A DNA stretch of 64,000 bases from Felis catus (GCF_018350175.1 NC_058368.1:76572001-76636000); one strand, 5' to 3'; positions 36,039 to 48,981 are shown, counted from the stretch's first letter. Made by a program: numbers and translations. Notes: a model not told the origin generated them from the letters alone.

Positions 36039-36181
36039 CCATAACCTAAAATACTTCCATCTGTAAGTCCAGTAACCTATCCTAACTTTCTGAGGCTTCC
36101 CTTTTCCAATGAAAACGGCTTTAAGCATCAATGTGGAAAGAGAAAATCGTAATTCATTCTTCTTAGAAAACCTAGCACCAG
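36039..36181 (-). pseudogene. Exon remnant (WD40-like motif)
   Basis: gtttttattag|...|gtacgt; GARFSKKNELRFSLSTLMLKAVFIGKGKPQKVRI then either GYWTYRWKYFRLW or, removing one G, VTGLTDGSILGYG. Confidence 0.6.
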
Positions 36182-36440
36182 CTAATAAAAACAGATTAGG
36201 AAAACCCGTATTTGTTCGGCTTTCACAGAACTATTCACATGCAGGGACATTTGGTCATATTTTATAGCATCTTCATTTTTTTCAATGCTAATATGAAATA
36301 GTAGAAACGTGCTTTTTTTGATATTCTGCATAAAACAACACAACTATGTGCATGTATCAAACACATGAAAGAATCCCAAAAACCATACGTTGAATTTGAA
36401 ATCTCTATAGCCCTCTTTTTTAAAAAAAAAAAAAGTTTAC

Positions 36441-36668
36441 GGGCCGCCTGGGTGGCGCAGTCGGTTAAGCGTCCGACTTTAGCCAGGTCACGATCTCGCG
36501 GTCCGTGAGTTCGAGCCCCGCGTCAGGCTCTGGGCTGATGGCTCGGAGCCTGGAGCCTGTTTCCGATTCTGTGTCTCCCTCTCTCTCTGCCCCTCCCCTG
36601 TTCATGCTCTGTCTCTCTCTGTCCCAAAAATAAATAAAAAATGTTGAAAAAAAATTAAAAAAAAAAAA
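36441..36668 (+). mobile_element. Can-SINE, young, nested in the tail of an older antisense SINE
   Basis: TSD aaaaaaaaaagtttac. Confidence 0.95.
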
Positions 36669-36868
36669 GTTTACATATTGATTTTTGAGAGAGAGAGACA
36701 GAGAGAGTGAGAGGGGGAGGGCAGACAGAGAGGGACAGAGAGAATCCCAAGCAGTCTCTGCACCTTCAACACGGAGCCGGATGTGGGGCTTGAACTCACA
36801 AACCATGAGCTCAAGACCTGAGCTGAAACAGAGTCAGGCACTTAACCGACTGAGCCATCCCAGCGTCC
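36669..36868 (-). mobile_element. Can-SINE (older host element)
   Basis: Outer TSD ctctatagccctctttt near 36403 and 36869. Confidence 0.9.
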
Positions 36869-36968
36869 CTCTATAGCCCTCTTTTCTATGAGTCTACCTT
36901 TATGGTTCTCTTCCTTTTATATAAGAATTTTTATGTATTCTGTAATTGTCTTAAGAAATAGGAACCAA

Positions 36969-37195
36969 GGGGAGCCTGGGTGGCGCAGTCGGTTAAGCGT
37001 CCGACTTCAGCCAGGTCACGATCTCGCGGTCCGTGAGTTCGAGCCCCGCGTCGGACTCTGGGCTGATGGCTCAGAGCCTGGAGCCTGTTTCCGATTCTGT
37101 GTCTCCCTCTCTCTCTGCCCCTCCCCCGTTCATGCTCTGTCTCTCTCTGTCCCAAAAATAAATAAAAAAAACGTTGAAAAAAAAAAAAAAAAAAA
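36969..37195 (+). mobile_element. Can-SINE, young SINEC_Fc type
   Basis: TSD aagaaa(t/c)aggaaccaa. Confidence 0.96.
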
Positions 37196-37764
37196 GAAAC
37201 AGGAACCAAATACCCAGCTATCGATCGTACGTCTCATAAACACATTTCTACACATTATTTGCAACTAACTTTTGTTCTCACTTTTGAGTTTACTTTCCTG
37301 CTTTGGTAAAATTATGGACGTAACAGCAAATCTACATGTACTTTGTGACGATAAAGCAAATATGCTTCGTTCTCTATTGATCTCACATGAGAGATACTCG
37401 TGTAATCACATTTATAATTTTTCCTGTGTTTTTATGAGAATATCCTGACTCCAGGTTCTGGGTGTATTTGCTTGAATGCTGAAAGACCCAAAAGCAGTTC
37501 TCTTACTGTCATTTCAATACCCAGTTCCAAGGCCCTTCTCCTCTCCGCCAGCAGTACTACAAAGAAACCCATCCTAGAGCATGGAGAGAGGAATTGGCCT
37601 CTCCACTTGGCAACAGACCCTGTGTTGATGATTTTTAAAAGAATAAGTGTTCAGTTCAAGGGCCCTAGAGAGGCTCATGACTGCAGCTCCGGTCATTTGA
37701 GGGAAAAAGGAAAGAGATTCTTAAACGCCCGGGGCAGGGGCATGGAATAAAGACATTTCCTCTC

Positions 37765-37767
<3 letters not shown>

Positions 37768-37806
<39 letters not shown>
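37768..37806. repeat. Pure poly-A run (about 39 nt)
   Basis: Directly visible. Confidence 0.95.
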
Positions 37807-37808
<2 letters not shown>

Positions 37809-37869
37809 AAAGCAAACACAAGTTTTGAGTAAGAACATATGTAGTTCCTTATAATTAGATGAAAAGCAC

Positions 37870-38060
37870 CTAGATACATGGATTCATGTCTTTTGATGTG
37901 TCCGGACTTCAGATCAATTATACACATGCTAATGTTCAATTTCCATAAGAATAAAGCAAATGACAATTATATGTTGGCTTAATTTTGTTATGACAAAGAC
38001 ACTCTTCAGACCCCTTCGCAAGAAACTTGGTTCTATTCCATGTGGGTTCACTCCCAGAAT
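37870..38060 (-). pseudogene. Exon remnant with 1-nt frameshift
   Basis: gttttgtag|...|gtgctt; SGSEPTWNRTKFLAKGSEECLCHNKIKPTYNCHLLYSYGN then NISMCIIDLKSGHIKRHESMYL; 191 nt, one short of frame-preserving. Confidence 0.55.
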
Positions 38061-39823
38061 CTACAAAACTCCATGAAGAAGAAATTCACTAATTTGTAGA
38101 ATAGAACCAATATCCTCTCAGGGACTTTTGGGTCTCGGCTGTCCTAGAATAAAAAGAGGTTGAAGAAGCCCTGGGGGGGTGGGGGGTCGTTCATCTCCCT
38201 TCAGAATGAGGCCTCTAGGGCAAGGTTTTGGTGATAAGTTCCAAAGTACAAGGCGCCCGGGTGTCTCAGGTATCCTGGACAGGCTTTCAGAATGTCCACC
38301 CACCCCGTGCTTCTCATCGGCTCTTGTCCCCTGGCTTCCATTTGTCTTTCAAGGAAAAGAAAGTAAGGTTGCTCTCCAGAATAGAAAAATGCTACTTAAT
38401 GTGACTTTACCATTTAAAAATAATTCTGATCACTCTGCTGGAAAAGGTTAATTAAAACTTGAGGAACGATGGGGTTCCAAAAACAAAACAAAAACCTTGA
38501 TGTCATACTAAGAAAAGCCTGGTTTCTCAGTAAATAGCTGGGTGGCGTTGATTAGATTACTTAATCTCTCTTGGTTGAGTCTCCTTTATACAATGGAGGG
38601 CGTCAACGAAATAATTTTAGGTTCCCCTAGTTCTAAAATTCCAAGATTCTATGCACAAGGGGGGGGGGGGTTGCATGCTGTGAAGTGTTTACCCACCATA
38701 GCTGCTGAGCGCTCTCTGGAAAATCCTAGCAGGATGGGGCCTCTATCTCCGACCCAGATAAAACTTGAAGCACAGTGGGTCTCCATTTCTTAGCTCTTGA
38801 AGGACATGGGGGCGGCTCCTTCCCAAGGGCCCCAGAAGCAAAGGGAGCCATGAGGGGAAGCCTTGCTGAAGGAAATCTCATCTTAGCTCTTGCATGCACA
38901 GCCCTCTCTCTCAGCCCCTGCCAATGGACAGATGAGTGGGGGGGGGGGGGAGGGGACAGGTGGGCTCTCTGTACAGGTCGCACCACAGTGTCACGTAGGA
39001 GAATATGGCCATGGACGCTTCTCCTCTGCCAAGAGTCCAACACCGACACGATCTTTGGAAAGGATCGAAATCATGCCCCAAAGACTACATGAGGGTTGAG
39101 TAGAGAAGAAGCATTCCAGAAGGCCCACATCTCCCAAGAACCCACTCACAACTGCCTCATGGCTCCCGCCCGGCCGCTAAACAGCCTTTGCTAATTCAAA
39201 GCCAGATCTTTAATCTTCATGTGATAGAATGTAAATGCATGTGTTTATACTTAAAATGAAAGGCAGCTCGGTATAAAGGAGTCTTTGCTTCTTTCAAATG
39301 CTTGGTTAAGTGACACGAATCTCCTGAAGATGGTATTAATTTCCTCTAATAATAATTTCTGGGTCGTTAGGTTCATTGCATTTTACTTTACACTCTCCTT
39401 ATCAAGTGCACAGAATGCTGTGTGCATTCCCCCAGGAGTCCGACTGCCATATCAGAGAGGCTCACACTTTCAAAGGATTAATAATACCTCTCTGGTGCTT
39501 TTAAAAATCCCTCACTAATCTCCACACTTTCACTTACACTGACCCTGTCTGGCCAGGCTTCTGTGTGATAGAGAGTCTACACCCGGAGCGCAGGAGGGAG
39601 GGTGGGGGCGTCCCAGCTCACAGCGGATGGGCGAACAATCTCACCAAGGCCAGATGGATCGGCCAACTTGTGTTTCTTTATTTCTCTTTCTCCTGGAAGG
39701 AAGAGCGAAAATAAAACTCACCCCCATCTGAATAAAGTGGCCTTTTGATGAAAGGCATTTGAAGGGATTTGACTACTTATAACAGAAATCCTAATTCAAT
39801 GAAACAGTGTGACTTTATCTCAC

Positions 39824-39963
39824 CATGTTAACCCAGGGTACACCAACCAACATCAGAACCCGCCTGAGAGCTAGACGCAGAATTATTCGCTGTATTAAGC
39901 TGGGTCCTTCTTAACAATGCTAACCTTCCATTAAGTTGGTATCCACCCGGTTTCACTTGCAAG
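39824..39963 (-). pseudogene. Exon remnant
   Basis: cattatag|...|gtgaga; LQVKPGGYQLNGRLALLRRTQLNTANNSASSSQAGSDVGWCTLG*H; phase 2 to 1 fits both neighbours. Confidence 0.55.
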
Positions 39964-40351
39964 CTATAATGATCCCTCCAAGGTGGTGATATTATTTATT
40001 GAGATCAATCCAAAATGCCTCAAACGCGTATTCCTCCCATGCACACACGGGATATTCGTTTGTTTCTCCTCTAATGTGTTGTAGCATTTTAAGAAGAGAT
40101 TGCAAATCAGTAAAGTTTCTTTTGTCTCAGGAATCGAGGTTCTTTCAGCAGGTGTGTCTAGGTTAAGTTAGTCGGGATTCATTCATTTATTAATCATCCG
40201 GCATGTAATGGGGTGAAGCGGGAAGGAACAAAATGGTGATGGATGTAACCTCCGATCACAGCGGGGCAGTCTGGGAGCTGTGCTGTAGGCCGGGTGAGAA
40301 ACGCTCAGTTCTGCTCGAGCTCTGCCTTCTTCTTTAATATTTTTAAGGAAT

Positions 40352-40483
40352 GGGGGCACCTGAGTGGCCCAGTCAGTTAAGCATCAGACTCTTGAGTTTG
40401 GCTCAGGTCATGATCTCACGGTTCACGGGTTTGAGCCCCACTCCAGCCTCTCGCCCTCTCTCTCTGCCCCTTCCCCACTTGTG

Positions 40484-40527
<44 letters not shown>

Positions 40528-40550
40528 ATAAATAAAATAAACCTAAAAAA
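40352..40550 (+). mobile_element. Can-SINE with internal deletion
   Basis: Head, shortened body, CT tract, tail. Confidence 0.9.
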
Positions 40551-41041
40551 TATTTTTAACCTGTGTATTGACTTATAAATATGTAAGCATAACTGTAGCC
40601 ACAAATAGTATGCACGTCCGCTCCGTGCGTTCGGTCTAGGTAATTCACGTCCAAGCCATGTTTTCTTCACGAACATTAGAAAAGGAAATGAACCTTCAAA
40701 CTCCCTTGGCTTTTTCATCCATTTATACAATCTTCCAAATGGGTTCATAACTCTCTGAGATCTGATAGGACAGAGGTGAATTATTTTCACAGCTTCACAC
40801 CAAATCTTCCACCTGACTTCTTAGCTTCAAGAGGGCACCCAGGTCATGTGGCACAAATGTATTTAGCACACTCAAGTGTGCAAAGAAAGTGAGGTTTGCA
40901 TATTTGTCTATAACTGAGCTCATCTTTCTTGCAGCCTCGAGCTCCACTGAGGGCCAGAGAAACACATCGGCCCGTTGGTGCCATCTTGTCTGTTTCTATC
41001 TCCTCCCAGTTCACAACAAGCCCTTTCAGGTAGGTCAAGTG

Positions 41042-41263
41042 TTTTGTTTTGTTTTGTTTTGTTTTTTTAATGTTTATTTAATTTTGAGAGAGAGAGAGTG
41101 AGCAGGGGAGGGGCAGAGAGAGAGGGAGACACAGAATCCAAAGTGGGCTCCAGGCTCTGAGCTGTCTGCACAGAGTCCGAAGCGGGGCTCGAACCCACGA
41201 ACCGTGAGATCGTGACCTGACCTGAAAATGGGCGCTCCACCGCCTGAGCCCCCCAGGCGCCCC
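41042..41263 (-). mobile_element. Can-SINE
   Basis: Antisense element; (GTTTT)n tail. Confidence 0.93.
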
Positions 41264-42837
41264 AGAAGGTCAATTCTTTAAAGAACTCTTTAAATTCTTC
41301 TACCCATCCACTGCTCCCAACAACAGTTGGGAGCTGTTGTTGTTCTGTGGCTGCCGTGGACGTTGCCATGAGCGTCCTTCTCTGCATCCTACCTGACCAT
41401 TAGGGAGAAAAATGTCCCTGGTGCCCCACATGACTCTGCATGCCCTTGTGTGCTGGGGACACCTGAAGCTGGTGAGCTCCTGATCAGTTCCTTCTGGGTT
41501 GGATCAGAAGCAGGCAGGGTGCCCTTTGGCCCAGCCCCACCTGGGCTTGCTGGCATTGTTGGGAGACTCAGGTCCACCTGAGAATCTCCTTGTATCCTGG
41601 CTGGGCTGGCCCATGCACCAACACCATGGCCATGTCCCCGGCAAGATTTCTGGCCAGCAGTGTTAGCTATCTTCTACAATATCCCCAAGGATCACCCACA
41701 TGACAAGGATCCCAGCCACCTGCGTGACAGCTGACAGAGCTAGACTCAGAACCACCCCCTCTGCCTCAACTACCAAAAGGCTTGTTTTATTCTGATAGGG
41801 CACAGGGTCCTAAACCGAATTCAGACTGAGCCCTCTGCTTCCAGCTTTCTCTTGGCACTCAGGGTGAAGCTTCATGTGCATTCCCCCCACCCCACTCCTT
41901 CCCACACACTCATGTGCCTGAGCTCCTCAGACCATTCACTGCTCACTCGAGGGTATTGGGAACCCCCGGTGTAGACCTCAGGGTCTCTACAGTGAGGGAA
42001 ACCAGGTTAGAAGAGAGGCCATCTTTCTTATTTGTATTCAAGTTCCCACAAACAAACTTGGCTTTGGTCTCTGATAAAACCCTCATTTCACTTTTCAGAT
42101 TCAGTAACCACGTCCCTGTGAGGTCTGGTGCCTCCACATTCTCAGAGACAAAGGCTCTCTTACCTTCCTGTTCCTTTCCTTCCTGGAAAACAGGCTTGGC
42201 TCATCGTCTCAATTCCGACTTCTTTACGGCATACGCAACACGAGCCATAGATGGGAAATGATCAAATGCGGTGGCGAGGGCAGTAAGATGGTCTTGAGGG
42301 GGGGTAGAATACAGATAGGTCAAGGGCAAGAGGAGGGATCCAAATTCCTGCCAGATGCTTATAATTTCTTTTTCTCAAAGTTGAGCTGTTTCCCATCTTT
42401 AAGTATAATTGTTGATTTTTTTTTTTCAGAAACGTTTTGAAGTGGCAAATGTTAAGTGAGCCCCACGCTCGACTTCATATGCTTCATTGACAGATGAGAT
42501 ACTTTTTTATTTCCTGGACTTTGGAGTATAAAAGGCCTCTTTCAACTGAATAACTTGATGATAAAATACCCCACAGAATGAAAAACTCTGCCATTTATTC
42601 AAGGGCTAGCACCGTTTTAGAGAAGAGTTTCCCTAAAGATAAGCACTTCCTTAATGATATTTCTTCCCTCCCCCAGACATTTCATTTTGCAGAGTTAAAA
42701 GAAACGATAATCTGAACATAATCAATCAGTGTAGACTGATACAGCGCATTCTCTGGGTGACCAGAATGCTAAGTCACAGAAATGTAGAGGCGAAGAAAAC
42801 AGACCTGGGCTTTGTCCTCTTGAGGCTTACAGTGCCA

Positions 42838-42988
42838 AGATCATGATCTTGCGGTTTGCGAGTTCGAGCCCCGCGTCAGGTTCTGTGTTGTCAGCACAGA
42901 GGCTGCTTCAGATCCTCTGTCCCTCTCTCTCTCTGCCCCTCCCCCACTGGCTCCCTCTCTGGCTCAAACTAAGTAAGTAAACTCAAAA
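42838..42988 (+). mobile_element. Can-SINE, 5'-truncated
   Basis: Begins at tcatgatcttgcgg. Confidence 0.88.
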
Positions 42989-43516
42989 CTTGACTTACTC
43001 ATCTGTGTGAATGGAGCTGAGGCTCCTCGTCCTGTCCACCTTAAGCTATTACCGTGCAACAGACCCCACATGTGAAATCGCTTACCGACTGGGACAGGAA
43101 GGCAAGGCAAAGAGAGGCAGCAGGGATAGGATAACAGGTCCTGCGAGGCACCTCCGTCCGCTCATCACAATACTGATACCATTATCCTGGGAGCCAGCTC
43201 TGGAAAGAGACCTCTTGCTTGGGGGATACATCTTTTTGCTTCGGTGGCTGCGAGATGCCTGACTGGCCCTTCACACGCGGCAAAGGAGATGCTCTCAGCC
43301 AAATGCCATCGCCTCTTCGGTCATGCGAAGTCAAAACCGTAAGTCAGATCATAAGGACGTAACACAACGCTGTGTAGTGTTTTACAGCTGACGAAACACT
43401 TTTACTTCTTTACCTTATTCAGTCTTATTTAATTCCGAGAGGGCCACGTTTGTCTGGATAGGCCACGTTAGTATGATATAATTTCTTTGCAATGACTGCT
43501 TCAAAATGTAAAATGC

Positions 43517-43735
43517 GGGGCACCCAGGTGGCTCAGCTGGCTGAGCGTTCTGCTTCGGCTCAGGTCACGGTCTCGTGGTCCACACGTTCAAGCCCCGCGT
43601 CGGGCTCTGTGCTGGCAGCTCAGAGCCCAGAGCCTGCTTCGGATTCTGTGTCTCCCGCCTCTCTCTGCCCCTCCCCAGCTGGCGCTCTCTCTCTCTCTCT
43701 CTCTCAAAAGTAAAATAAACATTTAAAAAAAAAAA
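43517..43735 (+). mobile_element. Can-SINE
   Basis: Complete element. Confidence 0.93.
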
Positions 43736-44167
43736 GGTAAACTGCAAACAAAGAAAAAAAATTCCCAAGTCCCCTCCAATATTGTCTTGCAAATAAAAAT
43801 TCCGGCCAGCGTTCAGGAAGGTACACACGCCAGACTGCCCCTCTTTAAAGGCAGCCCGTGCGATGCAGAGGTTTTTTTGCACGGCATTTCCCTGGGACAC
43901 CAGGGCTTTTCCTCGGCTGTGGAAGGGCTCCATTGTTGATGAAGGCTCTTGCCTCTTGTGTAAAATGCATCACAAGTGATGCATCAAATGCCGTGAGGCG
44001 TCACGACCTCCAGCTGGCCACCGGCCACCATGAGGCTCTCAATCATTTGACCCCTTGCCAAGTGACAAAGACTGAGGGAGAGACCCATTCAGAATCGGCA
44101 GAAGAGACTAGCAGGCAGGCCTCGGTGGGCAGAGTGTAGAGAGGGCAAAAGTAATTCTGTATCTCAC

Positions 44168-44250
44168 TCTTCTTGGATTTTTACTTCCGTCTAATCCAAA
44201 TGCATCATAATGGTTGATCCAATACGTTCTCTCCAGTTTATTTCGCTTCC
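44168..44250 (-). pseudogene. Exon remnant
   Basis: tattttag|...|gtgaga; GSEINWRERIGSTIMMHLD*TEVKIQE; phase 0 to 2. Confidence 0.5.
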
Positions 44251-44309
44251 CTAAAATATCTGCTTAAACTATGCCTTGAAAATATTTTCTGGGAAAACTG
44301 AAGGCATAC

Positions 44310-44716
44310 ATATGGTGCATCTTTATTTCAGGTTTCCTTTTCTTCAAGAAGAAACTTTTGGTCAAATGGCTCTGTACGTTGACAATATTTTATTTCTCTA
44401 AGTAACCAATAGCTTCTACAACGTTTTCATAGTTTTCTCCAGGATGAATCAAGGCTTTCGAGGGTAAGAAGTGATCCATGCATCTCCGCAACCCCACGAT
44501 ATCCAATATGCCATTTCCGTTTCATCAAATATTCACAAATTGTTGAACAACTTTTTATTGAAAAGAATACAACTTTTCAATAATGGCTTTAAAATACTTT
44601 CAAGACCGGCAGCTCAATTTTGGATTGCACTTATAAAAATCACATGAGGGGGATTATTTTTAAGGAGTGGAAAAAAATCTCCGAGAGTACTTGAAGTTAT
44701 TTGAGTTATAATAAGG
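44310..44716 (-). pseudogene. Exon remnant (F-box-like, decayed)
   Basis: gtttttacag|...|gtatgc; segments VLSEIFFHSLK / SPSCDFYKCNPKLSCRS*KYFKAIIEK / LMKRKWHIGYRGVAEMHGSLLTLESLDSSWRKL*KRCRSYWLLREIKYCQRTEPFDQKFLLEEKET*NKDAPY joined by frameshifts. Confidence 0.5.
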
Positions 44717-45167
44717 CTGTAAAAACTGGGGGTCTAATAAGGGACACTAGAATTACAAATAAGGTTAGATCATGAATCCATTCACTGGATATCAGGTTCG
44801 TCTGTAAAAAACAGAAAAAGAAGAATTAGAAGTCAGAGCCAGCCCGGGAGCCAAGCATTCAACTTCATATGTACATTGTCAGCACAGAGAACATTACCTG
44901 CGAACCCACAGCCCCACCTGGGAGAAAGAAACTGAGACTTGGTGAACTTGGGTGATCGCCCAAGGTTGCAGAGCTCTCCTGGGGGCTGAGGAGGAAGTTC
45001 AGCGTCCTTAGGAGAGCTCACAGCACCTAACCACGTGGTCCACGATGAGAAGGTCATTGCTACACTGGAAAGCTGAACCATTTAATTCCCTCCCGAATAT
45101 GCTCTAAGTCATTCAATCTATGTTAAGTTTGATTGTATTTTCATACCTTCCAATAATCATTTCTCTC

Positions 45168-45386
45168 TTTTTTTGGAAGTTTATTTATTTATTTTGAGAG
45201 AGACACAGCATGAGCGGGGGAGGGGCAGAGGGGGCGGGGGTGGGGGGGGGGAGAGAGAATCCCAAGCAGGCTCTACACTGTCAGCATGGAGCCTGACGTG
45301 GGGCTCGAACTCACAAACCATGAGACCATGACCTGACCTGAAACCAAGAGTCGGACGCTTAACCGACTGAGCCCCCCAGGTGCCCC
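45168..45386 (-). mobile_element. Can-SINE
   Basis: Antisense element with G-run expansion. Confidence 0.92.
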
Positions 45387-45639
45387 AATATTCATTTCTT
45401 AATAGTAACATCTTTCTTCATTTCCCTGCATGCTGCCCAAATTCCAGCTGGTGTTCTTAGCCACATTACTCAAACCCCCTGATCCTTAGCCGTTTGTAAA
45501 ATAAACAAAATAACATTGCCTCTGCTAGGGCTGTCCCTCTCTTGCTCAGCAATATCCCCATTGTCCCCCTGTAGACACACCATAGGGTTGACGGGACGTC
45601 CATTCTCCTGAAACTGGGCAACGGCCATGTCATTAACTG

Positions 45640-45946
45640 ATGCCAACAGATGTGAACACGAACGCCATGTGCCCCTTAGAAGCAGAAAGCCTCAAGAGCC
45701 AGTGTGCGCATTTGCTGGCTGTTTTTTCCACTGCCACGGTGGTGAGCAACCTTCCAGGCGGATCCAGAAGGCTCCATCAGCCGACGCCCTTGAGTGGAGA
45801 TGATGTGGAGCGGAGCCCCTGATGACTCGGAAGGGACCTGTAGAATGAACAATGAAAAGAAGAAAAACATCGCTACAGTCGTGAGCCACTGAGTGTTGGT
45901 GATTTTTTTTTGTACCGCAACATAACCTAGTCTGTCCCGACGGACT
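45640..45946 (+). mobile_element. Old MLT1-like LTR fragment
   Basis: 3' end agccactgagtgttggtgattttttttgtaccgcaacataacctagtct resembles MLT1 termini. Confidence 0.6.
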
Positions 45947-46060
45947 CGCCTCTGGGATTCTTCCAGCTTTAACGTTGTTGTGTGTAAACTGGTTACCACT
46001 TTGCTTCTAATAAGCAGTCAATCCAAGAGCGTCAACTAGTTTGACCACCAGTGAAAGAGC

Positions 46061-46284
46061 TTTTATTTTAAATTTTTTAATGTTTATTCATTTTTGAGAA
46101 AGAGAGAGAGAGAGCACAAGTAGGGTAGAGGCAGAGAGAGAGAGAGGGAGACACAGAATCCGAAGCAGCCTCCAGGCTCCGAGCTGTCAGCACAGAGCCG
46201 ACACGGGGCTCGAACCCACAAACTATGAGATCATGACCTGAGCTGAAGTCGGACACTCACCTGACTGAGCCACCCAGGCACCCC
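46061..46284 (-). mobile_element. Can-SINE
   Basis: Antisense element. Confidence 0.94.
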
Positions 46285-46754
46285 AGAACTTTTTATTTTT
46301 AAACCGAAAGGCATAAATATCTAAACAAATGGAGTGTTTAAAGTTTGAAAATGTAAAAAACAAAAAACAAAAAACAAACAAACAAACAAACAAACAAACA
46401 AAAAAAACCAGTGGCGACTGTCCTAAGTAATGTTTCTGGCAAAGAATAACTCTATGTTTTACATTCGCATTGCTCCTGGAAGCAACACATCAGACTTTCT
46501 CATGTCTGAGTTCTATCAGATGTGGTTAGTGAGTTAAATAACAACACTAAGTAGTTCCTACCACAAGTAATTACACTCAGTGCGCATAGCTGTATTTCAC
46601 GCCAAAAGAAAATAATGATTTTGCACTAGTAACACACGGCACTTTCTACCCAAGTGCTAATAATTTATACGCGTACAGGACTTTGTCTTGTCTAAGCATT
46701 TTTAAAGTCTCTTATTTCATTTGATCAAAAATAATTATGAAATAAAATACTTCA

Positions 46755-46955
46755 GGGGCGCCTGGGTGGCTCAGCCGGTTAAGCGGCCGACGTCAGCCCA
46801 GGTACCTCCTGAGTTCCTCACCGTCTGTGAGTTCGAGCCCCGCGTCAGGCTTCGGCTTCTGTGTCTCCCTCTCTCTCTCTGCCCCTCCCCAACTCATGCT
46901 CTGTCTTTGTCACTCTCAAAAAAATAAATGAACGTTAAAAAATTTTTGAAAAAAA
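46755..46955 (+). mobile_element. Can-SINE, rearranged
   Basis: Insertion in head, deletion in body; TSD-like tacttcag. Confidence 0.9.
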
Positions 46956-47912
46956 GAAACATAAACTACTTCAGCAGAATGCTCTTAACCTATTGTGGGG
47001 CAACTGTCCCCTTTAAGAAGTTAATGAGAGAGATTCTTTCTGGGGAAAAAACAAAACACATATAATCGCAAATGCACACTGTGCACATAGTCCTAGGAGA
47101 CTTATGGACCCACCGTGGACTACGATAGATCCTGGCTAAGAATTTTGGCATCAACGTTGTAAGATATTTCTGCCTTTACTAACGTTCTGTAGCACAGTGG
47201 ACTATTTCACACCTCACTCATCAATATTTATTGAACCGTTCAGTGACCCAAAGCATGCAAACGGGCAAAGAAAGATTTTCCTGGGACTACCAAACACATA
47301 TTCCATCGCATGTAATTTGTGCCGGAGAAGCTCCAGTAATCCCCGTGACTTTCACCCTTAGCTCTTCAAGGAATGAGACGTCCTTCTTACTCTCCAGTAT
47401 TTGAAGGCTCCATAGGAACAATAACTTTAGAGCGGTCACAGGCAAGAGTCAGCGGGGGCGGAAGAGACCAAGGTGATGCCAAATGACAGGGGGAGGGTCA
47501 GTATCTCGGAATCTCAGGTCACTCGCCACAGGCCTGTGGGGTCAGTCAACGGCGGCAAATGAAGAGAACAGTTGCCACGTTCTCAGCATTTTGTTTTCTT
47601 CTTTCTTTTCTCAGGCTGAACCTCAGCGCTTAGAGGATTACCACCGACCTCCCGGTAGAAGGCCAGAGACTTATGACTAAGGTAAGGGTGACGTCCCCTT
47701 TCTTCGGTCTTGGATCCGAAACAAAGGGCCTCTGAAAGATTCTGCCTTGGCTTCCAGGACCACCAGGGGTGAAGATACAGAGGACCCCGTAAGCTCACGG
47801 CACGGGGCAGATTCTCACAGTGGCTTGGCAGGCTGCAGGCAGATTCACGGGGACGAGCCTGCCTTACTCGTTATTGGAGTTTACAACCGGGATGTCTCAG
47901 AAGTCTGTTAAA

Positions 47913-48131
47913 TTTTTTTTTTTCAACGTTTTTAATTTTTATTTTTGGGACAGAGAAAGACAGAGCATGAACGGGGGAGGGGCAGAGAGAGAGGGAGACA
48001 CAGAATCGGAAACAGGCTCCAGGCTCCGAGCCATCAGCCCAGAGCCCGACGCGGGGCTTGAACCCACGGACCGCGAGATCGTGACCTGGCTGAAGTCGGA
48101 CGCTTAACCGACTGCGCCACCCAGGCGCCCC
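47913..48131 (-). mobile_element. Can-SINE, young SINEC_Fc type
   Basis: Perfect TSD gtctcagaagtctgtta. Confidence 0.96.
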
Positions 48132-48579
48132 GTCTCAGAAGTCTGTTAGAGGCCTGCGTTCGCTTCTTAAACCAGAAGCAGACAGGCGACTTCACTTTAA
48201 GACAGAAGTTTAAATTCTCGTAATGGAGATAAGAGGCTTATCTTTTTTGTAGACGGTGCCTGAGTGTATCTGTGTGTTGAATCCTTGTGTTCTCAACGAG
48301 CGGTGGCTCCAAGTCAGCCCAGGTTCCGAGCTCTTATTGGTCTCCTGTGTGCACCTAGCCACACACCACGAGAAGAGAAAGGCTCATTGATCTGTTGTAG
48401 CATGGCGGCAGTTTTGATGAAGACAGTGAAAAGCCACATGGTGAGGCCTTAACCCACTGCCCACATGTGGGTGCTACTAGCAACTAGCAGCGTTTTGCTC
48501 TTTCTTCTGCCTCGTTGCCCCCACGACTTTGCTTAGGGCCTCTGCTTGGCGTGTATGTTCACCCTGTGTGTTACCTGGC

Positions 48580-48634
48580 TCACACACACACACACACACA
48601 TGCGCGCGCGCGCGCACGTGCACACATATACACA
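48580..48634. repeat. (CA)n-TG-(CG)n alternating purine-pyrimidine tract
   Basis: Directly visible. Confidence 0.9.
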
Positions 48635-48763
48635 ACTGAAGCGTCAGCACCTATATTCCAATAAGTATGAGAGTTCTTTATACGCCGTGGTGCAATTTGC
48701 TTTTCTTACACTTTCTACTGCAGCTTGGAGAGCTTCCCATGCTAACGTACACAGATTATATCC

Positions 48764-48981
48764 TTTGTTTTAATTTTTTTAATGTTTATTTATTTTTAAG
48801 ACAGAGACGGAGACAGGGCATGAGCAGGGGTGGGGCAGAGAGAGAGGGAGACACAGAATGGGAAGCAGGCTCCAGGCTCCGAGCTGTCAGCACAGAGCCC
48901 AGTGTGGGGCTCGAACCCATGAGCTGCAAGATCGTGATCTAAGCCAAAGTCAGTTGCCCAACCCACTGAGCCTCCGCGCCC
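48764..48981 (-). mobile_element. Can-SINE
   Basis: Antisense element. Confidence 0.92.
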
